A stretch of DNA of 64,000 nucleotides, taken from an uncultured Fidelibacterota bacterium. Its GTDB lineage: Bacteria > Fidelibacterota > Marinisomatia > Marinisomatales > UBA1611. Both the position numbers and the translations under genes were made by a program. The notes under the pieces were generated by a model. That model saw only the letters and a program-made list of their open reading frames with translations, was not told where the DNA came from and made no database searches. Positions 1 to 8,511 of the stretch are shown here, one piece after another. Numbering within the stretch: the first letter of the stretch is position 1; the number at the start of each line of letters is the position of its first letter. The stretch spans positions 10,568-74,567 of the forward strand of contig CACEUX010000001.1 in assembly GCA_902562835.1 (NCBI GenBank), given 5' to 3'.

Positions 1-1
1 T

Positions 2-721
2 AGCGTTTATTGGAAAGAGTACCAGAAATACGATGATTCTGGTAATCGTATAAAGCGAATACGGTATAACCCCCTTCACGCTATTAATACCGACATGATG
101 ACCAAAAAGGGTGACTCTGGCAAAATGATTTGGGGTGAAAGCTATAGTTATGACTCTACTGGTACTGTTTTAGAAAGAAAAGAATTATACAACAATTATG
201 TTTTAGTTATTTCTACCTATGACCTTGACCCTTTTAAAAAGCCTATAAAAAGAGGAGAATATTTTGACCCTTCAGTAATATTTCAAACTGTTTATTTTCA
301 CAATGAATTCAACCAATTAACTCAAGAGGTATCCGTTGGTAGACTTGGCCAAGCGTTTGGATCCAGGACCTACGAATATGACATACTAGGTCGTCGTGTT
401 GGCACAACCTCATACAATGAATATGGAACAATTGAAGAAAGGCTAAGCACAGTGTTCGATGATGATAATTTTAAAACATACGACTATCGCTCAGATTCCC
501 TTTTAACACTAAGTGCTTTAAGAGAAGTGCTATTAGATAATGAAGGGCGTTTGTATATCGAGGCAATCCTAGATGGAAAAGAAAAAGTGTTAGAAAAAAA
601 TGTATATTACTATGATGGTAAAGGTAGAGTTTCAGAGATAAGACAGTATGATATGGTAAGACGCGGAAGGACTGGAGACCGAGAAATTCCTATTAGGGTT
701 AATACCTATGAATATGATTAA
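2..721 (+). CDS. YD/RHS-like beta-hairpin repeat protein, 5'-truncated by the window edge
   Basis: Frame is open from base 2 (SVYWKEYQKYDDSGNRIK...); repeated YxYD-xxG motifs (YSYDSTG, YEYDILG, YYYDGKG), ending TYEYD. Confidence 0.6.
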   Translation, partial: SVYWKEYQKYDDSGNRIKRIRYNPLHAINTDMMTKKGDSGKMIWGESYSYDSTGTVLERKELYNNYVLVISTYDLDPFKKPIKRGEYFDPSVIFQTVYFHNEFNQLTQEVSVGRLGQAFGSRTYEYDILGRRVGTTSYNEYGTIEERLSTVFDDDNFKTYDYRSDSLLTLSALREVLLDNEGRLYIEAILDGKEKVLEKNVYYYDGKGRVSEIRQYDMVRRGRTGDREIPIRVNTYEYD

Positions 722-766
722 ATTAGCCAGTGGACAATCAATTGCAATTAATCACCGGAGATAATT

Positions 767-1588
767 ATGAAAGTCATTGATCCAAAAAGTATGTTAATTG
801 GTGCTTTAGCAATACTTCTCATATATACTACTTTAGGATTAAGACCGAAAACTGACGAATTAGGTCATTTAGTTGTGCGCAGTCTTACAATAGAGGATGA
901 CCGTGGCGTAATTATGGGTTATTTAGGTAATGGATATATGCAAACCTATAATCAATACGGAGAGCCAACATTATTTATTGGTACAGGAAAAGATGGCGGT
1001 GGCTATATGAGGGCATATAATGGAAATGGGGATGAGTCAGCATATGTTGGCACAGGCCGTATGGGTGGTGGATATATCCGGACCTATAACAATTCTCAGA
1101 AAGAAACCTCTTATTTAGGTACTGGATCAGATCATGCTGGGCAGCTTCGAATATACAATAAAGATGGTGAAACATCATCCTATCTTGGAGAAGGATATTA
1201 TCAGGCTTACAACCAATTTGGAGAAAGAACCCTTTTTCTAGGAACAGGAACAAGTGGTGGTGGTTATTTACGTACTTATAATTTTAATGGCCAAGAAACT
1301 GTTTATTTAGGCACTAGTGCAGATAGCTCTGGTCAATTACGTGTTTATGATGCGGCAGGAGAAACTGGCACATTCCTTGGTAGTGGTTATTTTAGAACAT
1401 ACAACCAGTTTGGTAAGATGACTACCTATCTAGGCAATGGCCGTGATGGAGGCGGTTATCTAAGAACAAATAATAAGTTTGAGACAGAGACTGCCTTTTT
1501 GGGAACAAATAATTCAAATGAGGGACTTATAAATTTGAATGACAAGTTTGGTCAAAGCTTCTGGATACGCTTAAATAAGGGTGATTGA
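767..1588 (+). CDS. Membrane-anchored or secreted Gly-rich beta-repeat protein (ten 18/23-aa units)
   Basis: N-terminal hydrophobic segment; repeats of (Y/F)LGTGxxGGGYLRTYNxxGxET; GGAG RBS upstream. Confidence 0.6.
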   Translation: MKVIDPKSMLIGALAILLIYTTLGLRPKTDELGHLVVRSLTIEDDRGVIMGYLGNGYMQTYNQYGEPTLFIGTGKDGGGYMRAYNGNGDESAYVGTGRMGGGYIRTYNNSQKETSYLGTGSDHAGQLRIYNKDGETSSYLGEGYYQAYNQFGERTLFLGTGTSGGGYLRTYNFNGQETVYLGTSADSSGQLRVYDAAGETGTFLGSGYFRTYNQFGKMTTYLGNGRDGGGYLRTNNKFETETAFLGTNNSNEGLINLNDKFGQSFWIRLNKGD

Positions 1589-1604
1589 TTTTTTATAAAT
1601 TTTT

Positions 1605-1633
1605 TTGACTTTAATGTCTCTTAGTCTTAATAT
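1605..1633 (+). promoter_or_regulatory. Sigma70-type promoter for the MORN-repeat gene
   Basis: TTGACT (1605-1610), 17-bp spacer, TAATAT (1628-1633). Confidence 0.55.
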
Positions 1634-1713
1634 TGGGAACAAAAGGTATCCGAGAGGGGGATAAATCATCCTCAAACCCTTTTTTTACATACTCAGATAA
1701 TGAGGATTTGACC

Positions 1714-4700
1714 ATGCGGAAAATACTGGTTAGTTCGTTCATTCTATCGTCAATGGCTCTTGCCCAGAACGATGGATTAGTAAAGACATATTACCCTAGT
1801 GGGGCACTCGAAACAGAAGGCAATTACACCAATGGTGTTCGGGATGGCCTCTGGACATTTTGGTATGAGGGTGAAGTATATGAAGACTATGGCGAAGATG
1901 GAGAACCCAACACGCAAGATGAAGGGGAAAACAATGGCCAATGGGACTCCACAGAGACTGTTATCCGCGACTTAGATGGTGATACCTTTTACGACCCCCC
2001 TGAAAAACAAATGGAAGGCTCTTACGCATTAGGAAATAGAGAGGGTCTATGGACAAACTGGTATATCAATGGTATGCGTAAAGAAGAATCAAATTATCTT
2101 TCTGGAAAACTCAATGGTACCATAATTCGATGGCATGAGAACGGCAACAAATCTGAAGAAGGCGTGTATGAAACTGGCAAGCAAAATGGGACCTGGGTCT
2201 GGTATTACGAAACCGGGATTAAAAAAGAGCAAACGCGATTCTTAGATGGACAACAAGACGGTTTATGGATCCAGTGGTTTAGCGATGGAGCAAAAAAATC
2301 AGAAAGAAAGTTTTCTAGTGGCGAGCGAGATAGTGTGTGGACTTCCTGGTTCGACAATGGAAACAAAAAATTTCAAGCTACTTATAAAAATGGAAAACTT
2401 AATGGTGAATGGACATCTTGGTATGAGGGTGGAATAGTTAAAGAAAAAAGTGGTGCCTACTTAAATAATAAGTTAGATAATAAGTGGACATACTGGGAGG
2501 ATGATGGAAGAAAAACAGAAGAAATAACATATAGTAATGGGATTAAAAACGGGTCATATGTATTTTGGAATTTTGATAATTATAAGACCCTTGCAGGGGA
2601 GTATTTAAATGGCGTAAAACATGGACTTTGGACACTATGGTATGATGATGGAATTATAAAAGCTGAGGAAAATTATGCCAATGGCGAAATGGATGGTCTG
2701 TGGAGCTGGTGGAGGCCTGACGGCGTAAAAGATAAAGAAGGCAACTATAAAAACGGTGTTAAACATGGATTGTGGATATCTTGGAGTACAGCTGACCGTA
2801 AAAAAGGAGAAGAAACTTATGTAAATGGAATTCTTGATGGCTTAGTAACTGTTTGGCATGAGAATGGAAATAAAGACCGAGAGGGAATAATCCGTGGTAA
2901 TGAACCAGAGGGAAGCTGGACATATTACTTCGCTGATGGAAAAGAAGATTTTAGATTTGATTATGGTTCTGGACTCGATCGAGTCCGTATTGCAGAATTA
3001 GAGGAGCGTGATGGTACTTTTTATAAGATAGGTAAACATAAACCCTATACTGGAATAGTTGTCGAATCAGGAGGTCTTAAAGATTATTTATTACTGGGTC
3101 GTTTTCAAGCAGGCCGGAGAGATGGACAATGGGTTCAATGGTATCGAAACGGACAAAAGGAAGTAGAAGGAATTTATTATAGAGGTAAAAAACATGGGGA
3201 TTGGACTCTCTGGTACGAGGATGGCACCCTTAAGGAAAAGGGGGCATTCGATATGGGTGTTGCTGATGGAAATTATCAATATTGGTACCCTAATGGTCAC
3301 CTACATATGGAGCAATCTTATAACAAAGGAGAACCACAAGGAAGATGGACCTGGTGGTTCGAGCACGACCACAACCTAAATTTCACAGATGGTACATGGT
3401 CCTATAATGGAGTAACATACAAAGCAGAAAATGATGAGGAACTATGGAACTGGTGGTGGTATCTCAATGACAATAAAGAAATGGAAGGGTATTATGTGGA
3501 TGGCCGAAAAAATGGCGTCTGGACCTGGTGGTTTGATACTGGCGTGAAACAATCAGAGGGCAACTACCTTGATGATGAGCAGAATGGCTTATGGGAATAT
3601 TTCGCACCTGATGGCTCGGTTGCAGAAGAAATAACTTTTTCAGGTGGTAAAAGAGATGGACGGTCTACCTTATGGCTTACACCTGAAGAAAAACAAGAAG
3701 AGAAATTTTATAAAAATGGAAAACTTGATGGGCCAAGTACATTTTGGGAAAATGGATATCGCAGTACTATGACAACTTATAAATCGAATACCCCAGAAGG
3801 GCCATGGGTTATTTGGTATTCAAATCTTGACCAAATCAAGGAACAGGGTTTCCATCAAAACGGGGTCAGAGAAGGCCTTACAACCTATTACTATGATGAT
3901 GGGAAAATGCAACGTGAAGGATTCTTCCAAGAAGGTCTTCCAGAGGGGGTTTGGACGTATTGGAATAAAGAGGGTGATAAAGATTTTGACTTTGATTTTG
4001 GGTCTGGATTAGAACATATCTCCTTAGAAGACCTAGTAGAAAGAGAGTCTATGTTTTATAAATTAGGCGAGGATAACCCCTTTACAGGAATTATTACCCA
4101 AGAAAACCCTGAGGCTGACTATCTGTTTTTAGGCAGAACCAAAGATGGTAAAAAAGATGGACAGTGGGTGAAGTGGTTTCCAAGTGGAAAAGATGTGCCT
4201 GAAATTATTTTAGTTGATGTGCCTAAGCCTGAGCCAACTATTCCGTGGAGTGGTGGCAAACAAGAGCAGGGTGGCTTCAAAGGCGGAGAGAAGCACGGAA
4301 AGTGGACCGAGTGGTATGACAATGAACACATTAAGTCTCATGGGACATATAACGAAGGCATCATGGACGGGGCCTGGACATTTTATCATCAAAATGGCGT
4401 GAAAGAAAAAGAGGGGTCGCTCATAAATGGAAATGCAGATGGTTTATGGATATTTTGGAATGATGAAGCAAATAAGGTACAAGAGGGTACTTTCTCTAAT
4501 GGTATAAAAGAGGGACAATGGACAGCCTGGTTTGAAGATGGTCGTCTTACAGAAGGATATTATGCTGGTGGTAAAAAAGATGCAACCTGGACAAGCTGGT
4601 GGGATTTTGATAGGGCAAGAAAAGAGATGCAAGGAGCATACAAAAAAGGTAAGATGGTTGATAAGTGGTTCTTTTATGATAAAAGCGGAAACCTTAAAGA

Positions 4701-4728
4701 GATAAGATACTTTTCTCCCGACTTCTAA
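1714..4728 (+). CDS. Large secreted MORN-variant repeat protein (YwqK-like family)
   Basis: Dozens of GxWxxWYxNGxKxxEGxYxxG repeats; ATG at 1714 after GAGGA gives signal peptide MRKILVSSFILSSMALA. Confidence 0.8.
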   Translation: MRKILVSSFILSSMALAQNDGLVKTYYPSGALETEGNYTNGVRDGLWTFWYEGEVYEDYGEDGEPNTQDEGENNGQWDSTETVIRDLDGDTFYDPPEKQMEGSYALGNREGLWTNWYINGMRKEESNYLSGKLNGTIIRWHENGNKSEEGVYETGKQNGTWVWYYETGIKKEQTRFLDGQQDGLWIQWFSDGAKKSERKFSSGERDSVWTSWFDNGNKKFQATYKNGKLNGEWTSWYEGGIVKEKSGAYLNNKLDNKWTYWEDDGRKTEEITYSNGIKNGSYVFWNFDNYKTLAGEYLNGVKHGLWTLWYDDGIIKAEENYANGEMDGLWSWWRPDGVKDKEGNYKNGVKHGLWISWSTADRKKGEETYVNGILDGLVTVWHENGNKDREGIIRGNEPEGSWTYYFADGKEDFRFDYGSGLDRVRIAELEERDGTFYKIGKHKPYTGIVVESGGLKDYLLLGRFQAGRRDGQWVQWYRNGQKEVEGIYYRGKKHGDWTLWYEDGTLKEKGAFDMGVADGNYQYWYPNGHLHMEQSYNKGEPQGRWTWWFEHDHNLNFTDGTWSYNGVTYKAENDEELWNWWWYLNDNKEMEGYYVDGRKNGVWTWWFDTGVKQSEGNYLDDEQNGLWEYFAPDGSVAEEITFSGGKRDGRSTLWLTPEEKQEEKFYKNGKLDGPSTFWENGYRSTMTTYKSNTPEGPWVIWYSNLDQIKEQGFHQNGVREGLTTYYYDDGKMQREGFFQEGLPEGVWTYWNKEGDKDFDFDFGSGLEHISLEDLVERESMFYKLGEDNPFTGIITQENPEADYLFLGRTKDGKKDGQWVKWFPSGKDVPEIILVDVPKPEPTIPWSGGKQEQGGFKGGEKHGKWTEWYDNEHIKSHGTYNEGIMDGAWTFYHQNGVKEKEGSLINGNADGLWIFWNDEANKVQEGTFSNGIKEGQWTAWFEDGRLTEGYYAGGKKDATWTSWWDFDRARKEMQGAYKKGKMVDKWFFYDKSGNLKEIRYFSPDF

Positions 4729-4775
4729 AAACAAAACATATAAAAACTCTAATTTTTAACATAAGGATGAAATAA

Positions 4776-7478
4776 GTGAAATACGTATATCTATTTGGTA
4801 ATGAATCAGCAGATGGAACTGCTGAAATGAAGAATACTTTAGGCGGTAAAGGAGCAAACCTTGCTGAAATGAATCATCTTGGAATCCCGGTTCCTCCTGG
4901 ATTTACGCTGTCTACTGATGTCTGTGGCTATTATTATGATAATAATATGACATTTCCTGAAGAATTAAATGACCAGCTTAAGAATGCTCTTGTTGCAACT
5001 GAAAATATAATGGGCTCAAACTTTGGTGACCCTGGAGACCCACTCTTACTGTCAATAAGGTCAGGCGCTAGACAATCTATGCCGGGGATGATGGAGACTG
5101 TTTTAAACGTTGGCCTAACCTCCAAAACAATTCCTGGTCTAATCTCAAAAACCGGAAATGCGCGCTTTGTATACGATGCTTACAGAAGGTTAATTATGAT
5201 GTATGCCGATGTGGTTATGGAAAAAGCAGCTGGTGTTGAGCCTGAAAACAGTAAGGGTATAAGACACAAATTAGAATCCTTAATAGAAGACCACAAACGA
5301 AGTAAACAATACAGTAATGATACTGACCTTTCCGGTGATGACTGGAAAGAATTGTCAGAGATGTTTAAAGATGAAATTGAAAGAACTCTGGGAAGCAAGT
5401 TCCCAGATGATCCAATGGAACAATTATGGGGTGGTATAAAAGCTGTATTTGCAAGTTGGAATGGAGAAAGAGCGATCAATTACAGACGTATTGAAAACAT
5501 ACCCCATGAATGGGGGACTGCTGTCAATGTCCAAACTATGGTTTTTGGCAATATGGGCGAAGATTCTGCTACTGGCGTTGCATTTACTCGTAATCCCGCC
5601 ACTGGAGAAAATATTTTTTTTGGAGAATGGCTTGTAAATGCACAAGGTGAAGATGTAGTTGCTGGACTTCGCACACCGAATCCTTTGAATGAGGATACAA
5701 AAACTGAAGAAACAAAAAATTTGACCTCCCTTGAATCGAGCATGCCAGATATCTATGCTCAGTTAAATAAAATTCGTAAAGATCTTGAAAAGCATTACTC
5801 TGATATGCAGGATATAGAATTTACCATTCAGGAAGGCAAACTTTGGATGTTGCAAACCAGGGTTGGAAAACGAAATGGCTCAGCGGCTATAAAAATGGCT
5901 GTTGAAATGAAACATGAGGGAATGCTTGATAAAGAAACTGCTTTAGCAAGGGTAAAGCCTGAACAATTAGATGAACTTCTGCACCCAATGCTTAATACAG
6001 AATCAGAAAAAAAAGCAACATTGCTTGCTAAGGGACTACCCGCAGGACCCGGGGGTGCTACCGGTCGTGTGGTTTTTACTGCTGACGATGCAGAAGAATG
6101 GCACAAGAGAGGAGAAAAGGTTATTCTAATTCGAGATGAGACATCTCCTGAAGATGTTCATGGGATGCATGCCGCAGAAGCCATCCTAACAGCCAAGGGG
6201 GGTATGACCTCCCACGCTGCACTAGTAGCTAGAGGTTGGGGAAAGTGCTGTATCGTAGGTTGCAGCGCAATTCAAATCAACACTCAAGATAGGGAGGTGA
6301 AGATTGGTGATACCAAACTAGAGGAAGGAGACTGGATCACGATGAATGGCACATCTGGTAACATATACAATGACCAGCTTGACCTTATTCCTGCAGACCC
6401 CGATACACATCCTGAATATAAGGAGTTAATGGTTTGGGCTGATGAAATAAGAAAAATGAAAATTCGTACTAATGCTGAAAGTCCTGAAGATGCTGCCCAA
6501 GCAATAAAGTTTGGAGCAGAAGGGATTGGGCTTTGTAGAACAGAACATATGTTCTTTGATGAGTCACGTATTCTGGCAATTCGAAAAATGATTTTTGCGG
6601 ATAATGAGACAAGTCGACGTGATGCGGTTATGGAGCTACTCCCATTTCAAAAAGAAGATTTTAAAGGCATATTAGAAGCCATGGAAGGGAAACCTGTAAC
6701 AATAAGACTTTTGGACCCTCCACTACATGAATTCATGACTCTCACAGAAGAACAACAAAATGAACTTGCAAAAAGTCTTAATGTTGAAATAAATACTGTA
6801 AAAAGTAGAATATCAGCTTTACATGAACTTAATCCAATGCTTGGACATCGGGGATGTAGGCTGGGTATCGCATATCCTGAAATAACAGAGATGCAGGTTA
6901 CTGCAATTCTAGAGGCCACCGCCGAGTTAACACAAGCAGGAAAATCTGTACTGCCTGAAGTCATGATTCCGCTTGTAGGAACGGTTTCAGAATACACAGA
7001 CCAAGAAAAAATTGTCCGCAAGGTTGCAGATAAAATAAATAACGAGTATAAAATAGAGCTTAAATATTTAGTGGGTACAATGATTGAATTACCACGAGCT
7101 TGCCTAACTGCAGATGAGATTGCAGAACATGCAGAGTTTTTCAGCTTTGGAACCAATGACCTTACACAGACTACATTTGGTTTTAGTCGTGATGATATAG
7201 GCTCATTTCTTCCTGATTATTTAGAGCGAAATATTCTTCCGGAAGATCCATTTCAAAGCTTAGATACAAATGGAGTTGGTAAATTAGTAACAATGGCTGT
7301 TAAATATGGGCGCGGTGTTAATGATAATCTAAAAATTGGTATCTGTGGTGAGCATGGTGGAGACCCAGCATCAATCCTCTTTTGTAAAGAGAATGGACTA
7401 GACTATGTTAGTTGCTCACCATATAGGGTGCCAATTGCTCGTCTAGCTGCAGCTCAAGCTGAATTAAATAATAACTAA
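4776..7478 (+). CDS. ppdK: Pyruvate, phosphate dikinase
   Basis: LGGKGANLAEM, SIRSGARQSMPGMM, phospho-His motif GGMTSHAA, GIGLCRTEHMF, FSFGTNDLTQ, GICGEHGG. Confidence 0.97.
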   Translation: MKYVYLFGNESADGTAEMKNTLGGKGANLAEMNHLGIPVPPGFTLSTDVCGYYYDNNMTFPEELNDQLKNALVATENIMGSNFGDPGDPLLLSIRSGARQSMPGMMETVLNVGLTSKTIPGLISKTGNARFVYDAYRRLIMMYADVVMEKAAGVEPENSKGIRHKLESLIEDHKRSKQYSNDTDLSGDDWKELSEMFKDEIERTLGSKFPDDPMEQLWGGIKAVFASWNGERAINYRRIENIPHEWGTAVNVQTMVFGNMGEDSATGVAFTRNPATGENIFFGEWLVNAQGEDVVAGLRTPNPLNEDTKTEETKNLTSLESSMPDIYAQLNKIRKDLEKHYSDMQDIEFTIQEGKLWMLQTRVGKRNGSAAIKMAVEMKHEGMLDKETALARVKPEQLDELLHPMLNTESEKKATLLAKGLPAGPGGATGRVVFTADDAEEWHKRGEKVILIRDETSPEDVHGMHAAEAILTAKGGMTSHAALVARGWGKCCIVGCSAIQINTQDREVKIGDTKLEEGDWITMNGTSGNIYNDQLDLIPADPDTHPEYKELMVWADEIRKMKIRTNAESPEDAAQAIKFGAEGIGLCRTEHMFFDESRILAIRKMIFADNETSRRDAVMELLPFQKEDFKGILEAMEGKPVTIRLLDPPLHEFMTLTEEQQNELAKSLNVEINTVKSRISALHELNPMLGHRGCRLGIAYPEITEMQVTAILEATAELTQAGKSVLPEVMIPLVGTVSEYTDQEKIVRKVADKINNEYKIELKYLVGTMIELPRACLTADEIAEHAEFFSFGTNDLTQTTFGFSRDDIGSFLPDYLERNILPEDPFQSLDTNGVGKLVTMAVKYGRGVNDNLKIGICGEHGGDPASILFCKENGLDYVSCSPYRVPIARLAAAQAELNNN

Positions 7479-7491
7479 TTATAAACCATGA

Positions 7492-7523
7492 ATAAAAAGC
7501 CCCTGCTTGGAGGGGCTTTTTAT
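7492..7523. terminator. Bidirectional intrinsic terminator between ppdK and the fliG-like gene
   Basis: ATAAAAAGCCCCT-gcttgg-AGGGGCTTTTTAT, with T-tracts on both strands, between convergent genes. Confidence 0.85.
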
Positions 7524-7555
7524 ATACAGCTAGTTAATTTTGTATTGAATAAATC

Positions 7556-8491
7556 TTATTCTATCATTTCTCCACCAGAAAGAATATCCTCTAGGTTTAT
7601 AGCGCCGTCTTTTTCCATCTGTTTCACAGCATCAACAAATAATTTCCTGGCATTATCAACCTCTCTTTTTGGTTGAGGTTTTGAAGCTAAATCTTCATTA
7701 TACATTGCCTGTTTTTTCTGAGGAAGCATGTCTTTTAATTCATTTATCTTTTCTTCTTCCAAACCTTTAAAAGCAATTGGAAGGGTGTCTAGTTCAATTG
7801 AATTTAAAAGAGTTCGAACTTGATCTTCTGGGAATTTTTCCATGATATCTTCAAATGTAAGAAATAAGACCTTTACAGCAGCGTAAAGCTCAGGATCCTC
7901 ATTTTGAAGGGTCTGCATATATCTTTCTTGGTCATTTGATGACATATCACTCAACATATCGGCTATTTCTTTAGCACCGCCTCTTGAAAAGTCAGCAGTG
8001 CGTGGAAGATAGGTTGATTTTTCTTTTAATCTTGCTCCAACCTCTATAATTCCCTCAAGCGGAATATCATCCAAAGAGCCTAATTCAATTAGGACCTGAC
8101 CTTTTAATTCTGGTTCTAGTTTGTTTAACACGGTCATTTTTTTATCAGCTTCTAACTGAGCAAGTATCATGGCAATAACTGGAGGCTCTTCTTTATCAAG
8201 GAGAGCAAACATTTGCTCATCATTGAGATCTTCTAAAAAATCAAATGGCTGAATGGGACCATCTTCTTTCGTCTCATCCTGTTCTGCTAAGAACCCAAAA
8301 TAGAATTCTTCCATCACACGTTTTTTTACAAGAAAGGATACCGTCCCCATTGATCTTACTGTAGAGCGTATTTTTCTAACTTCTGTTTTAGACAAACCTT
8401 TAATTAATGACATTGCTAAACTTTCTCCAACAACAGAGAAAAGAATTGCAACTTTTTGAAGGCCTGAAAGCATATGATAATCGTTAATCAT
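7556..8491 (-). CDS. fliG: FliG-like rotor protein (divergent)
   Basis: LSGLQKVAIL N-terminus, PFDFL, EEPPVIAMIL (EHPQ position), GG linker, FLTFEDI (MFxFEDL position), torque-helix-like KKQAMYNEDL. Confidence 0.85.
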   Translation of the reverse strand: MINDYHMLSGLQKVAILFSVVGESLAMSLIKGLSKTEVRKIRSTVRSMGTVSFLVKKRVMEEFYFGFLAEQDETKEDGPIQPFDFLEDLNDEQMFALLDKEEPPVIAMILAQLEADKKMTVLNKLEPELKGQVLIELGSLDDIPLEGIIEVGARLKEKSTYLPRTADFSRGGAKEIADMLSDMSSNDQERYMQTLQNEDPELYAAVKVLFLTFEDIMEKFPEDQVRTLLNSIELDTLPIAFKGLEEEKINELKDMLPQKKQAMYNEDLASKPQPKREVDNARKLFVDAVKQMEKDGAINLEDILSGGEMIE

Positions 8492-8511
8492 GGTCTATTT
8501 CCTTAACTTTT

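Noticed and set aside
2-4728. RHS polymorphic toxin / YwqK toxin-antitoxin locus
   Set aside because: No RHS core PxxxxDPxG motif or toxin tip is visible; the proteins look like plain secreted repeat proteins.
7556-8491. MgtE N-terminal domain protein rather than FliG
   Set aside because: The order of FliG N, middle and C motifs and the adjacency to fliF-like and mot genes favour FliG.
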